Part shown: piece by piece, positions 48,215-57,889 of the stretch
Numbering within the stretch: position 1 is the first letter of the stretch
Layout: each line of letters opens with the position of its first letter
DNA from: Candidatus Woesebacteria bacterium
GTDB taxonomy: Bacteria > Patescibacteriota > Microgenomatia > UBA1400 > MFAQ01
Direction of reading: 5' to 3'
Length of the DNA stretch: 64,000 nucleotides
Assembly: GCA_035389185.1 (NCBI GenBank)
Contig: DAOORK010000001.1
Span: forward strand, 446,218 to 510,217
Position numbers and translations under genes: made by a program
The notes under the pieces: generated by a model
Seen by the model: the letters and a program-made list of their open reading frames with translations, nothing else
Databases searched by the model: none
What the model was told of the DNA's origin: nothing

Positions 48215-48505
48215 TTATTCTGCGGAGTCGCGCAACTGACTGTTAATGTTTAGAGACTTGGTAACTTCGAGATAGTCTTTGGTGTTTGATTTGGCTAGGT
48301 AGTTTAAGAGACGGCGTCTCTTGGAGATGATTTTCAATAAACCACGACGGGAGTGATTGTCCTTTTTGTGAACCTTGAGGTGGCCGGTGAGTTCTTCGAT
48401 TTGAGAAGTAAGAAGGGCAATTTGCACGCGAGGAGAACCGGTGTCTTTATCACTGGCGGCGAATTTTTTGATAATGTCGATTTTTATTTCTGATTTAAGA
48501 GCCAT
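48215..48505 (-). CDS. rpsO: 30S ribosomal protein S15 (bS15), start trimmed to MALKSEIK
   Basis: DTGSPRVQIALLTSQIEELTGHLKVHKKDNHSRRGLL; ORF-track start 48649 adds 48 non-S15 residues. Confidence 0.9.
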   Translation of the reverse strand: MALKSEIKIDIIKKFAASDKDTGSPRVQIALLTSQIEELTGHLKVHKKDNHSRRGLLKIISKRRRLLNYLAKSNTKDYLEVTKSLNINSQLRDSAE

Positions 48506-48552
48506 ATCGGTGTGTATTGTAACAGATATATATATTTTTGCCAAGAAGGAAG

Positions 48553-48795
48553 CTAGTTTTCTTTGTCGTGAGTGGTTTGGGACATTTCGATAAAAGTGGG
48601 CTTGGGAGTAGGATTTACTGGTTCTGGTGTCATACCCATGTTTTTCCAAAATTTTACTTCATCTGGATTTAACATCACAATCTGATCTATTGATGTTTGT
48701 TTTACGGGATCTGATATTTGCTGATAAGAACCATCGGGATTCCTTAGTTTGAAGGGAAGTGTGATATCTGATTGTTTTTCGCCTGTTTCGCCCAT
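48553..48795 (-). CDS. hypothetical small protein (80 aa)
   Basis: ORF only; no SD seen; occupies the slot where rbfA/truB normally sit. Confidence 0.35.
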   Translation of the reverse strand: MGETGEKQSDITLPFKLRNPDGSYQQISDPVKQTSIDQIVMLNPDEVKFWKNMGMTPEPVNPTPKPTFIEMSQTTHDKEN

Positions 48796-48813
48796 AGATT
48801 ATTCTAGCAAGAG

Positions 48814-49713
48814 TTAATCGTTCTTACTGTTGACGCGGAATATTTTGGGTTTACTCCAGTCGGAAGGCACCGGGGCGTCTTCCTCTTGAGGTAAAGGAAT
48901 GTTTTCTTCCACCTGGGGAAGTGACGATGTTTCCGAGGCATCGAAAAATGGAGGTTGAGAAAAACGAGGTGCCGGTATTTCTTCACGAGGTACTGTAGCA
49001 CCGGAGCGCATGAGGAAAGCAATGGCGGCAAAAGTATCAGCAGTGAGACGGCCGGCGGTAAGGTTGTTGGTCGAGTCGTATATATTGTTCAGGAGTTTTT
49101 GAGCAACTTCGATATTAGTATTGAGTTCTATGATTTCCAAAAGAGAAGCAATCAACTCTGAAAATGAACCACAGTTTTTATGAAAAGAGTTTCCGGTAAA
49201 GGCTGCTGGTTTGAGGGAGTTGCTTAGACTAATGATATTGGCGTTATCTAGGAAATGTTTTTCTTCAGCATAGATTTTGCCAAGCTCTTCGAGTGAGCTA
49301 ACCCCAAGGGTAATGACAAGATCGGCATTTGCACCGGAGTATGAGAACTTAACGTCTCTAACCTCGGGGACAGGAGCGTTCACTTTGGGTTTGACAAGTA
49401 AGTAAAACTTCCCGTCTTCACGAACATCGTAATCGACTTTATCAAGATCCTCTTCTTTGTAATCAAAAGAGATAATCAAATTACGACTGCCGATGGTGTC
49501 AGGAATTTCTGCGATGCCGGCGATTGGTGAGTCAAGATGAACTTCACTTCCGCAGCCGAGTTTGGAGACTTTTCCTGATTCGGCCAGAGAAAGATGGAGA
49601 CAAGTAGCGGCCGTGATAAGATCTTTTCCAGGATCGGAAGGGAGAATAACGATAATAGACTTGGCAGTATCAACTAAGTTTTTGATAGTTGAGAAATTGT
49701 TTTTGTCTTCCAT
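48814..49713 (-). CDS. DHH-family (NrnA-like) protein with degenerate catalytic motifs, no DHHA1 domain
   Basis: architecture collinear with the NrnA DHH domain but DHH replaced by SLS and DTG by STN; acidic Pro-rich C-terminus; directly downstream of infB where nrnA/rbfA lie in other bacteria. Confidence 0.55.
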   Translation of the reverse strand: MEDKNNFSTIKNLVDTAKSIIVILPSDPGKDLITAATCLHLSLAESGKVSKLGCGSEVHLDSPIAGIAEIPDTIGSRNLIISFDYKEEDLDKVDYDVREDGKFYLLVKPKVNAPVPEVRDVKFSYSGANADLVITLGVSSLEELGKIYAEEKHFLDNANIISLSNSLKPAAFTGNSFHKNCGSFSELIASLLEIIELNTNIEVAQKLLNNIYDSTNNLTAGRLTADTFAAIAFLMRSGATVPREEIPAPRFSQPPFFDASETSSLPQVEENIPLPQEEDAPVPSDWSKPKIFRVNSKND

Positions 49714-49714
49714 A

Positions 49715-51118
49715 TTATTTTTCTATGGTTGTGGCGGTCATTATATCACCAGCTTTGATGTCAATGGAAGGCGAAAGAACAAGACCACATTCCTGATCTT
49801 TTTTAGCTTCCTGAACATCTTCTTTACCAACTTTTAAAGAGGTGATTTGGGAATCTTTGACAGTGTCACCAATACTAATTTTGCCAGAGGTTACTTGACA
49901 GCCATAAACGATGGTGCCGCCAAAATTGAAAACTTTGAGGATTTTTGCTTCACCGGTGATGATGACTTTGGGAGCGGCTTGGGCATCTTTTTGTTCTTTG
50001 AGTTCTTTGAGGTAGTCAAAAAGCTGATAAATAATACGGAAATTACTGAATTTGACATGTTCCACTTCGGCTAGTTTGGTCACTGAAGCGGGCATTTTAA
50101 CATTGAAGCCGAGGATCTCAGCACCGGTGGCAATAGCGGTCTCAATGTCGGTGTCTGTAACCTGGCCAACAGAACTTTCGACAATATTTGCTTGATCTTG
50201 AATACTATCTACAATAGCTTCGAGTGAACCTTGAACGTCGGCCTTGAGAACAATAGTTGGTTTTTCTTCATTGATGACATCAGAAGCACCAGAAGTTGAT
50301 TTTGTCACCTTGTCCGAGCAGGGCTCGCTGGTAATAATGTCTCCAACGCTAGGAACTTTGGAAAAACCAATCACTTGAAAGGGGGTAGAAGGAATAGCCT
50401 TGTCCAAAAACTTTGCTGAGTAATCTATCATGGAGCGGATTTTGCCAAAATCGGTTTTTCCATCAAAAAGAGGATCATTTTTGACAAAAGTACCGCTTTT
50501 TACCAGAAGAGTAGCGAGAGGTCCTTTTTGAGGGTGCATGGAAGACTCGATGACAAGTGCGGTGGCCGGACAAGCATCTGAGTTATCTTTGAGTTCTTCA
50601 AGTTCAGCCAGGAGCAAAATAATTTCAAGAAGTTCATCAACTCCTTCACCGGTTTTGGCTGAGATATTTACGATCGGGACATTGCCTCCATAACCTTCAA
50701 CAAAAACACCTTCGTTGGCAAGATCGGTTTTGACTCTTTCGGGATTAACACCAGGGAGATCGGTTTTGTTGACGGCAACAACAAAAGGAATGCCGGCAGA
50801 CTTAATATGTTCGATAGATTCTTTGGTTTGGGGCATAACTGAGTCGTCGGCGGCCACGATTAAGATAGCCACATCGGCGGCTTGTCCACCACGACGACGC
50901 ATAGCTGAAAAAGCGGCATGCCCAGGAGTATCAATAAAAGTAATTTTTTTATCATTATGCTCGATCTGGTATGCACCGATAGCTTGGGTAATACCACCAA
51001 TTTCGCCAGCCGCAACCGTCGCATGACGTATACGATCTAAAAGAGATGTCTTCCCGTGGTCGACGTGCCCGAGGATAGTAACCACCGGAGGCCTGGTGGC
51101 ATAAGTTGAGTCCGGCAT
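49715..51118 (-). CDS. infB: translation initiation factor IF-2, short form (467 aa; G domain plus beta-barrels, no N-terminal domains)
   Basis: [21 protein letters not shown]. Confidence 0.95.
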   Translation of the reverse strand: MPDSTYATRPPVVTILGHVDHGKTSLLDRIRHATVAAGEIGGITQAIGAYQIEHNDKKITFIDTPGHAAFSAMRRRGGQAADVAILIVAADDSVMPQTKESIEHIKSAGIPFVVAVNKTDLPGVNPERVKTDLANEGVFVEGYGGNVPIVNISAKTGEGVDELLEIILLLAELEELKDNSDACPATALVIESSMHPQKGPLATLLVKSGTFVKNDPLFDGKTDFGKIRSMIDYSAKFLDKAIPSTPFQVIGFSKVPSVGDIITSEPCSDKVTKSTSGASDVINEEKPTIVLKADVQGSLEAIVDSIQDQANIVESSVGQVTDTDIETAIATGAEILGFNVKMPASVTKLAEVEHVKFSNFRIIYQLFDYLKELKEQKDAQAAPKVIITGEAKILKVFNFGGTIVYGCQVTSGKISIGDTVKDSQITSLKVGKEDVQEAKKDQECGLVLSPSIDIKAGDIMTATTIEK

Positions 51119-51126
51119 AGGTTTAT

Positions 51127-52371
51127 TTAGTTTTTATAAACGGCGAGTTGAGCCTTGATCTTTTCGAGAGTCTTGGGACCAATACCCTTGACTGTGTCAA
51201 GTTTCTCGGAAGTAAGATCTTCGATGTGAGTTAGTTCGGCTTCAACTAAGATATTTCTGGTTTTGGTATCGAGACCCAATTGATCGATTTCGTATTCTTC
51301 GGAACCGGTGGCGACGATACTGGCTTCGGTGTCCTTGGCTTCATCGGAAACGATACGGAGTTTGGTTTGGGTAAGTTTGGCAGCAAGTTTGACGTTTTGG
51401 CCACCACGACCGATAGCTAAAGAAAGCTGATCGGCAGGAACTTTGACGACGGTTTCGCCGGTGTTTTTATCAAACTTGATATCCATGCCTTCGGCAGGAG
51501 CTAAAGCAGACTTGATGTATTTTTCTTTATCTTCTGAGTACTGGATAATGTCGATTTTTTCGTTGTTTAGATCATTTATGACAGCCTGAACACGAACTCC
51601 TTTTTGGCCCACACACGAACCGACTGGATCAACACCGGGTTGAGTAGACTCGACAGCGACTTTAGAGCGGGACCCTGGTTCTCTGGCAACACCTCTGATG
51701 ATCACACTGCCGGAACTAACTTCAGGGACTTCTCTTTCAAAAAGGCCTGAGAGAAGACGGTCGTCGGAACGGGAGACAATTATCTGACGGCCTCTGACGG
51801 TCTCGGTGATTTCTTTTAGATAAACGGAGATGCGTGAGTTTAGACGGTAAAACTCGGTGGGTGATTGTTCCTCGGGAGGCATGACAGCCTGACCGCGACC
51901 AAGATCGATGATAACGTTGCGACCATCCATACGCTGAACCATGCCGGTCATAACTTCACCGATGTGTTCTTGATAGTCTGTAAGGATGGATTCGTGTTCA
52001 GCTTCACGGATGGTCTGTTGGATAACAGTCTTGGCGGCTTGGGCGGCAATACGACCGAAACCAGGAGGGGTGATCTCTTTAAGATCTTTCTTTTTGGCTC
52101 CTTCTTCACCTGCAAAAAGACGGAACTGACCATTGTCAGAGTCGACATCGGCGGTGATAACTTTGCCTTCTTCTTCAAACTTTAAGGATTGTTCGGGGTA
52201 GTCTTTTTTGAAAGAAGCAACTAAAGCATTATTTATTGCAGTAAGAACCGTTTCAGTAGCAATGCCCCTCTCAGAACAAATCTGATTAATGGCGGCAGCA
52301 AACTCGGTTCTGGCGGTCAAGGTTTGTGTATCCATATTTTGTTTTGTATTTTTACGCAAAGGGACGGTCAA
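51127..52371 (-). CDS. nusA: transcription termination/antitermination factor NusA
   Basis: S1 + KH1/KH2 + C-terminal HhH region; upstream of infB. Confidence 0.93.
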   Translation of the reverse strand: MTVPLRKNTKQNMDTQTLTARTEFAAAINQICSERGIATETVLTAINNALVASFKKDYPEQSLKFEEEGKVITADVDSDNGQFRLFAGEEGAKKKDLKEITPPGFGRIAAQAAKTVIQQTIREAEHESILTDYQEHIGEVMTGMVQRMDGRNVIIDLGRGQAVMPPEEQSPTEFYRLNSRISVYLKEITETVRGRQIIVSRSDDRLLSGLFEREVPEVSSGSVIIRGVAREPGSRSKVAVESTQPGVDPVGSCVGQKGVRVQAVINDLNNEKIDIIQYSEDKEKYIKSALAPAEGMDIKFDKNTGETVVKVPADQLSLAIGRGGQNVKLAAKLTQTKLRIVSDEAKDTEASIVATGSEEYEIDQLGLDTKTRNILVEAELTHIEDLTSEKLDTVKGIGPKTLEKIKAQLAVYKN

Positions 52372-52474
52372 CGCCGCCCCTGTGCACTCTTAATCGAGGT
52401 TATTATAGCATGATTGATGGCGTTAGAAAACAAAAGGGTATAATACGAAACTAAGTTCATTAAAAGGAGGAAGC

Positions 52475-52786
52475 GTGACAACGAGGGAAGAGGCAGAAAA
52501 GTTGGACCCTGATGTGATTTTTTGGGTGGATGGGAAGACAATTATCCCTGATGACGATATCCCAAAAGCATTGGAGATCAACTCTCAGCTAAGAAAAACC
52601 GATTCTCGGAAACGAGCTCGAGCGATTTTCAGCCAGGATGCGGTTGTCGCAACTGGGTTATGGACACCAGAAGAAGCTGGTGATGTGGCTGATCGGATGA
52701 TTTTTGGATTAGGTGGTGAATATGTGGATCCAAAAGAAAACATTTTTCGGAGACTGTTGCGCCGCTTGGGTTTTCCTCAATATTAG
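52475..52786 (+). CDS. hypothetical small acidic protein (103 aa), GTG start
   Basis: AGGAGG 4 nt upstream of GTG; followed by strong terminator; contains DPDVIFWVDGKTIIPDDD motif like other cassette proteins. Confidence 0.55.
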   Translation: MTTREEAEKLDPDVIFWVDGKTIIPDDDIPKALEINSQLRKTDSRKRARAIFSQDAVVATGLWTPEEAGDVADRMIFGLGGEYVDPKENIFRRLLRRLGFPQY

Positions 52787-52798
52787 TATTTCCGAATT

Positions 52799-52826
52799 GA
52801 CCTGATTAATCAGGTCTTTTTTTTTA
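52799..52826 (+). terminator. intrinsic terminator GACCTGATTAATCAGGTC + T9
   Basis: 8-bp stem then nine-T run. Confidence 0.8.
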
Positions 52827-53411
52827 TTTTTTTCTGTCTGCTGACCAACCACCTGTGTTCCACCAATCACTGGGGTTTTGAACAATTATTTCCTGAGCTA
52901 TTTTTTGGGCAGACGGAGAAGACAAACGTTTGGCCTGTTCATTGTCTTGGAGCCAGACAGTTGCTTCTTGATTCCCTTGCCATGAATATTCTTTGAGAAG
53001 TAGTATTTGATCTAAAAGATCGGCATCTTTGGCTAATTTGGCTTCTTTCGATTCTCTTCCTTCATATTCTTTTGAAATTTCGAGAAGTTCATCGGATCCG
53101 GGAAGTTTTGAGAACTGATCAAAAATCACCTCTTGTTCGTAAGTTTTGACATATTTTTTGTGAATCCAGTTTTGATCCCCAGTGCGAGTTTCACTGGTAT
53201 CGTGTAGTAGACACATCAAAAGGACTTTGTAGGGGTCGGCTTTCTCAAGTTTTGAGAGAAACCAACCGATGGCAATGACGCGAAATGAATGAGAGGAAAT
53301 ATTGTCGGAGAGATCGTCGGTGAGGAGTGATTGACGGTGACTACGGGCAATTTTTCTGAGAGTGCCGAGTTCATACAGATAATGAGTAAGTTGGGTAAGC
53401 TGGTTAGTCAT
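52824..53411 (-). CDS. HD-domain phosphohydrolase (YfbR-like 5'-deoxynucleotidase family)
   Basis: H...HD...D metal-binding pattern (HSFRV, LLHDTSE, DADLLD). Confidence 0.75.
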   Translation of the reverse strand: MTNQLTQLTHYLYELGTLRKIARSHRQSLLTDDLSDNISSHSFRVIAIGWFLSKLEKADPYKVLLMCLLHDTSETRTGDQNWIHKKYVKTYEQEVIFDQFSKLPGSDELLEISKEYEGRESKEAKLAKDADLLDQILLLKEYSWQGNQEATVWLQDNEQAKRLSSPSAQKIAQEIIVQNPSDWWNTGGWSADRKK

Positions 53412-54010
53412 TTTTTAATTTGAGGTACTTTGGATGCTTGATAAAGATGCTCAACTGTTCCCGACTGCCACCAACCGGCTTGTTCTGTCTGAGGAATGTT
53501 TTCCGGATGACTGGCAGGGATTCTGCCTGGACTCCAGCGCCAACCAGATGGCCAGGTAGTTGGGTCGGTATCTGGCTTACCCTCACGGACTTGGATGGGG
53601 TTTTCCCCTTGGAAGGCGAGATTAAGTATATTTTCCAAGGCAATATTAAGGGCGACATTGTGAAATTGGTTGGGGTGACCTGGTTTTTCAAAAAGGAAGA
53701 GGGGATCAAAAGCTTCCTCTTTGGTCACGAGTTCTTTATCGTAGGCATAGGCAAAGTTTTGAGTAAGATAAAGAGCTTCATCCATATGAAGGCGAAAATA
53801 GTCTGCATAACTTTCGATGTACTGGGCAAAAACTCCGGGGTAATCGAGCACCTCACCTGAGGCCATCTGCCACACTAGACGCCAGTTGTCTTTTCCATAT
53901 TCTGCGTCCCAAGCGGCAATTTGCTGGTCTTTATTTTTCCCTAAAAAACCAGGTCTGCCAACAGTGACCCAGGTTTTTGTTTGGAGTTCTGCTTCTTTAC
54001 TCATAAGCAA
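53408..54010 (-). CDS. hypothetical Trp-rich protein (200 aa), translationally coupled to the HD hydrolase
   Basis: 4-nt overlap with downstream HD gene; no recognisable domain. Confidence 0.55.
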   Translation of the reverse strand: MLMSKEAELQTKTWVTVGRPGFLGKNKDQQIAAWDAEYGKDNWRLVWQMASGEVLDYPGVFAQYIESYADYFRLHMDEALYLTQNFAYAYDKELVTKEEAFDPLFLFEKPGHPNQFHNVALNIALENILNLAFQGENPIQVREGKPDTDPTTWPSGWRWSPGRIPASHPENIPQTEQAGWWQSGTVEHLYQASKVPQIKK

Positions 54011-54075
54011 ATCCTAAAAAAATAGTCAAGATATTGATAGAGCATGATGTAGATAGAAAACTAGCCATCTTGGGA

Positions 54076-54104
54076 TTGACAAGACGAATAAAATGTCATA
54101 AATT
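54076..54104 (+). promoter_or_regulatory. candidate sigma70-type promoter for nrdR (TTGACA-N17-TAAATT)
   Basis: perfect -35 hexamer, 17-nt spacer, AT-rich -10; 26 nt upstream of nrdR ATG. Confidence 0.35.
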
Positions 54105-54130
54105 GAGAAAAATAATAACTAGATATAGCT

Positions 54131-54592
54131 ATGGAATGTCCATATTGTCATAAAGAAAATAACGAAGTAATAAACTCTAGACCAACAAAGAAAAACACAC
54201 AAACATGGAGAAGAAGAAAGTGTTTGTCTTGTGGAGAAGTATTCACAACCCAGGAGATAGTAGACCTTTCTCATTTGGTGGTGATAAAGAAATCTGGAAA
54301 GCCTACAGTTTTTCGTAGTATTAAATTGTTTGCTGGGATTTATGGAGCCACTATTGGTTCGAAGACACTGAATCGAGAAATGGTGGTAGAAAAAATTACC
54401 CGAGAAGTCGAAAGAGAAATAATGTTTTTGAAGAAAAAGAGGATCACTTCCGATGAAATTGCCGATATCGTGCTGAGGAAATTAAAAAACGCTCAAACGG
54501 CAACGTTTATGAGATTTTTGGCGTACACAAAAGATATTTCGAGCGAGGCACAGATGAGACGGGAATTAAAGAAATATGTGGGGAGTAGTTAG
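54131..54592 (+). CDS. nrdR: transcriptional repressor NrdR
   Basis: N-terminal zinc ribbon CPYC...CLSC followed by ATP-cone domain; 153 aa. Confidence 0.88.
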   Translation: MECPYCHKENNEVINSRPTKKNTQTWRRRKCLSCGEVFTTQEIVDLSHLVVIKKSGKPTVFRSIKLFAGIYGATIGSKTLNREMVVEKITREVEREIMFLKKKRITSDEIADIVLRKLKNAQTATFMRFLAYTKDISSEAQMRRELKKYVGSS

Positions 54593-55446
54593 TCGTTGAA
54601 ACTTTCGAGAAGAGTTTTTTGGCGACGAGAAAGACGCTCGGGGAATTTGATGACGAAACGAATGTAGAGATCGCCGTGATGATTGCCCTGGACATGTTTG
54701 ACCCCTTTGCCAGTAAGGCGGATGGCCGATTCAGGTTGAGTGCCGGGGCGGATCTTGATCTTCAAGTCACCATCGAGGGTTGGAACAGTAGTCTCGCCCC
54801 CCAAAATGGCAAGAGTAAAAGGAATTTCGTGATTAACGATAACATCATAACCCTCACGTTTGAATGTTCGACTTGCGCGAACGTCGAAACTGATATCAAA
54901 ATCGGAGTAGCGGATGCGGGTGCCGGTGTCGGCACCGGCAGGAATTCTAATGGTGTACTTTTTCCCCTGGTGAACAATAGTTTTTTCGGCCCCATGAACA
55001 GCGTCGTCAAAATCAATTTTGAGCGAGTACTGAGGTTTTTGGGGACGTCGTGGACCGGCACCGAAACCGGCACCGCCGAAGAAACTGCTAAAAATATCGA
55101 AGGGGTCAGAGAAACCTCCGGCACCACCAAAAAGATCTTCAAAATTGATACTGCCCCCTGCCTGACTATAACTGCCAAAAGGATTACCGCCGGAACCAAA
55201 GGGGCTACCACCTCCCCCATTACCAAAAGCCGCATTACCAAACTGGTCGAACTTGGCTTTTTTCTCGGGGTTACCTAGGACTTCGTAGGCTTCGTTGATT
55301 TCTTTGAATTTTTCCGCGGCGTCTTTTTCTTTGTTGCGGTCTGGGTGCCACTTGAGAGCCAGTTTTCTGTAGGCAGATTTAATCTCTGCCGCAGAGGCAG
55401 ATTTGTTTACTCCAAGAATATCGTAGTAGTCTCTTTTTGTGGCCAT
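54589..55446 (-). CDS. dnaJ: DnaJ-family co-chaperone, type II (J domain + G/F-rich + C-terminal domains, no zinc finger; zero Cys)
   Basis: J domain with HPD (KWHPDRN); G/F-rich segment; located downstream of dnaK. Confidence 0.88.
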   Translation of the reverse strand: MATKRDYYDILGVNKSASAAEIKSAYRKLALKWHPDRNKEKDAAEKFKEINEAYEVLGNPEKKAKFDQFGNAAFGNGGGGSPFGSGGNPFGSYSQAGGSINFEDLFGGAGGFSDPFDIFSSFFGGAGFGAGPRRPQKPQYSLKIDFDDAVHGAEKTIVHQGKKYTIRIPAGADTGTRIRYSDFDISFDVRASRTFKREGYDVIVNHEIPFTLAILGGETTVPTLDGDLKIKIRPGTQPESAIRLTGKGVKHVQGNHHGDLYIRFVIKFPERLSRRQKTLLESFND

Positions 55447-55503
55447 ACAAACAAACCATTTTAACAGGGGCCGGACTAATCCGACCCCCGCAAATTATCA
55501 TTA

Positions 55504-57405
55504 TTAGTTGACAACTTCGCCTTCCTCGGCTGTCTTGGTATCTGTTTTGGCCTCTTCTTTACCATCTTCAGCTTTTGGTTCTTCTGTTGGCTTGTCTTTT
55601 TCACCAGCGGCTTTGTAGAGAGCTTCGGCGTGCTTTTGAACTAGTTCTGTGGCAGTTTTTAATTTGGTGTCAACTGCTTCAGTAGTAGTGTCGGCTTTCT
55701 TAATCTCTTCTTCCAATTCATTGAGAGACTTTTCAATCTCTTCTTTGGCAGCAGCATCAAATTTGTCACCGGAGTCTTTGAGAACTTTACGAGTTTGAAT
55801 AATTAAAGTGTCGGCCTCGTTTTTCTTGTCAACCAACTCTTTTTTCTTCTTGTCGTCTTCGGCATATTTCTCAGCTTCCTGTTTCATTCTTTCTACTTCG
55901 TCGTCGCTGAGATTCGTGGCGTTTTTGATGGTGATCTTTTGCTCTTTTCCGGTCGCTTTATCTTTGGCAGAGACATTTAAGATACCGTTGGCATCGATGT
56001 CGAAGGTGACCTCGATTTGAGGGATACCGCGGGGAGCGGCGGGAATACCATCGAGGATGAAACTACCTAGTGTCTTGTTGTCAGCGGCCATAGGACGCTC
56101 TCCCTGGAGAATGTGAATCTCGACTTGGGGCTGATTGTCGCTGGCAGTACTGAATACTTGAGACTTGCTGGAAGGAACAGTGGTGTTGCGCTCAATCAAG
56201 GGGGTCATAACACTGCCCATGGTTTCGATACCCAGGGTAAGAGGAGTAACGTCGAGGAGCAAAACATCTTTGACGTCTCCGGAAATGACACCACCTTGAA
56301 TAGCGGCACCTAGGGCAACGGCTTCATCCGGGTTAACTGACTTGTTGGGTTCTTTGCCGAAGAATTCCTTAACAACTTGCTGAACCTTGGGCATACGAGT
56401 CATTCCTCCAACCAAAATTACTTCACCAATAGCGGATTTTTCGATTTTGGCGTCTGAGAGCGCTTTCTTACAAGGCTCAATGGTTTTTTGAATCAAGTCA
56501 TCGACGAGTTCTTCGAGTTTGGCTCTCCCAATCTTCATAGTTAGGTGAAGAGGTTGGCCATCACGTTGGGTGATGAAGGGCTGATTTATCTCAGTTTCGG
56601 TGGCGCTAGATAGTTCGATTTTGGCTTTTTCAGCAGCGTCTTTAATACGCTGAAGAGCTTGTTTGTCTTGGGCAAGATCAACACCATTTTCCTTTTTGAA
56701 CTCAGCCACAATATACTCAATGATCTTGTGATCAAAATCATCACCGCCAAGGAAGGTATCTCCATTGGTGGATTTAACTTCAAAGACACCATCACCTAGT
56801 TCGAGAATAGAAACATCAAAAGTTCCGCCTCCCAGGTCATAAACAACGACGGTTTCGTTTTTGCCTTTATCCAAACCGTAGGCTAGAGCAGCGGCAGTTG
56901 GTTCATTAACGATACGCTGGACATTGAGTCCGGCGATTTCACCGGCTTGTTTGGTGGCTTGGCGTTGGGAGTCATCGAAGTATGCAGGAACAGTGATGAC
57001 GGCATCTGTGACAGTGGTACCAAGATAGGCTTCGGCATCTGCTTTGGCCTTTTGTAAAATCTTGGCGGAGATTTCCTGAGGAGTGTATTCTTTACCGCCA
57101 AGCTTAATGATGGCGGAGCCATCCTTGCCGGAAGCAATTTCAAAAGGAGCAATTTCTTTGGTTTTTTGAGCTTGTTTGCCGGAGAATTTCTGACCCATTA
57201 AGCGTTTGACACTAAAAATAGTGTTTTCGGCATTGAGGATCATCTGACGTTTGGCGACATCACCAACGAGGTTTTTAACGGGTTCTACAATTGAAGGAAA
57301 AGTATTTTTGCCTTCTGCTGTAGGGATGATTTTGGCAGTGCCTCCTTCCATGACAGCGATAGCGCTGTTGGTGGTACCGAGGTCGATTCCGATGATTTTA
57401 GACAT
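55504..57405 (-). CDS. dnaK: molecular chaperone DnaK (Hsp70)
   Basis: [18 protein letters not shown] signatures; 633 aa. Confidence 0.97.
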   Translation of the reverse strand: MSKIIGIDLGTTNSAIAVMEGGTAKIIPTAEGKNTFPSIVEPVKNLVGDVAKRQMILNAENTIFSVKRLMGQKFSGKQAQKTKEIAPFEIASGKDGSAIIKLGGKEYTPQEISAKILQKAKADAEAYLGTTVTDAVITVPAYFDDSQRQATKQAGEIAGLNVQRIVNEPTAAALAYGLDKGKNETVVVYDLGGGTFDVSILELGDGVFEVKSTNGDTFLGGDDFDHKIIEYIVAEFKKENGVDLAQDKQALQRIKDAAEKAKIELSSATETEINQPFITQRDGQPLHLTMKIGRAKLEELVDDLIQKTIEPCKKALSDAKIEKSAIGEVILVGGMTRMPKVQQVVKEFFGKEPNKSVNPDEAVALGAAIQGGVISGDVKDVLLLDVTPLTLGIETMGSVMTPLIERNTTVPSSKSQVFSTASDNQPQVEIHILQGERPMAADNKTLGSFILDGIPAAPRGIPQIEVTFDIDANGILNVSAKDKATGKEQKITIKNATNLSDDEVERMKQEAEKYAEDDKKKKELVDKKNEADTLIIQTRKVLKDSGDKFDAAAKEEIEKSLNELEEEIKKADTTTEAVDTKLKTATELVQKHAEALYKAAGEKDKPTEEPKAEDGKEEAKTDTKTAEEGEVVN

Positions 57406-57439
57406 ATTATTTTGTTAATAATTTATAATCCGAAGCAAA

Positions 57440-57889
57440 TTATTTGGTGCCTGAACCGACTTTAACTTTGGCTGGGCGAAGGACTTTGTCAAAAAGAAAA
57501 TACCCCTTGGAAATAGTTTCCACGACTTGATTCTTTTCTCCGGCAACGACTTCAATGCAGTCCATAGTTAGGGGGTTAAAAGTTTTGTCATCCGATTCAA
57601 TTAATTGAAGTCCTTCTGTTTTTAAGGTTTCAAAAAGTTGTTTGATAACGATACCAAGGCCGGAGTCTTGGAGATGTTTTTGAGCAAGTTCAAGTGAGTC
57701 TAGATTGAGAAGAATTTTCTCGAGAAGAGAGGCACTAGCAAATTTGATTATTTGGCTTTGGGTCTCCTTGAAACGACGTTCTTGGTTTTGATAATCGGCT
57801 AAAACACGTTTGTAATTCTCTTCCAACTCGGAGATACGAGTAGTGAGTTTTTCGATTTCTTTGGAAGAAGTGGGGGCTTTTTTTACCAT
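57440..57889 (-). CDS. grpE: nucleotide exchange factor GrpE
   Basis: coiled-coil N-terminus then GrpE beta domain; operon position. Confidence 0.9.
   Translation of the reverse strand: MVKKAPTSSKEIEKLTTRISELEENYKRVLADYQNQERRFKETQSQIIKFASASLLEKILLNLDSLELAQKHLQDSGLGIVIKQLFETLKTEGLQLIESDDKTFNPLTMDCIEVVAGEKNQVVETISKGYFLFDKVLRPAKVKVGSGTK

Noticed and set aside
48215-48649. 144-aa form of rpsO
   Set aside because: First 48 residues are not S15-like; S15 homology begins at the internal Met (start 48505)
55447-55503. dnaK-dnaJ intergenic hairpin (GGUCGGA-UUA-GUCCGGCC with a G-U pair)
   Set aside because: Common partial terminator between dnaK and dnaJ; nothing unusual
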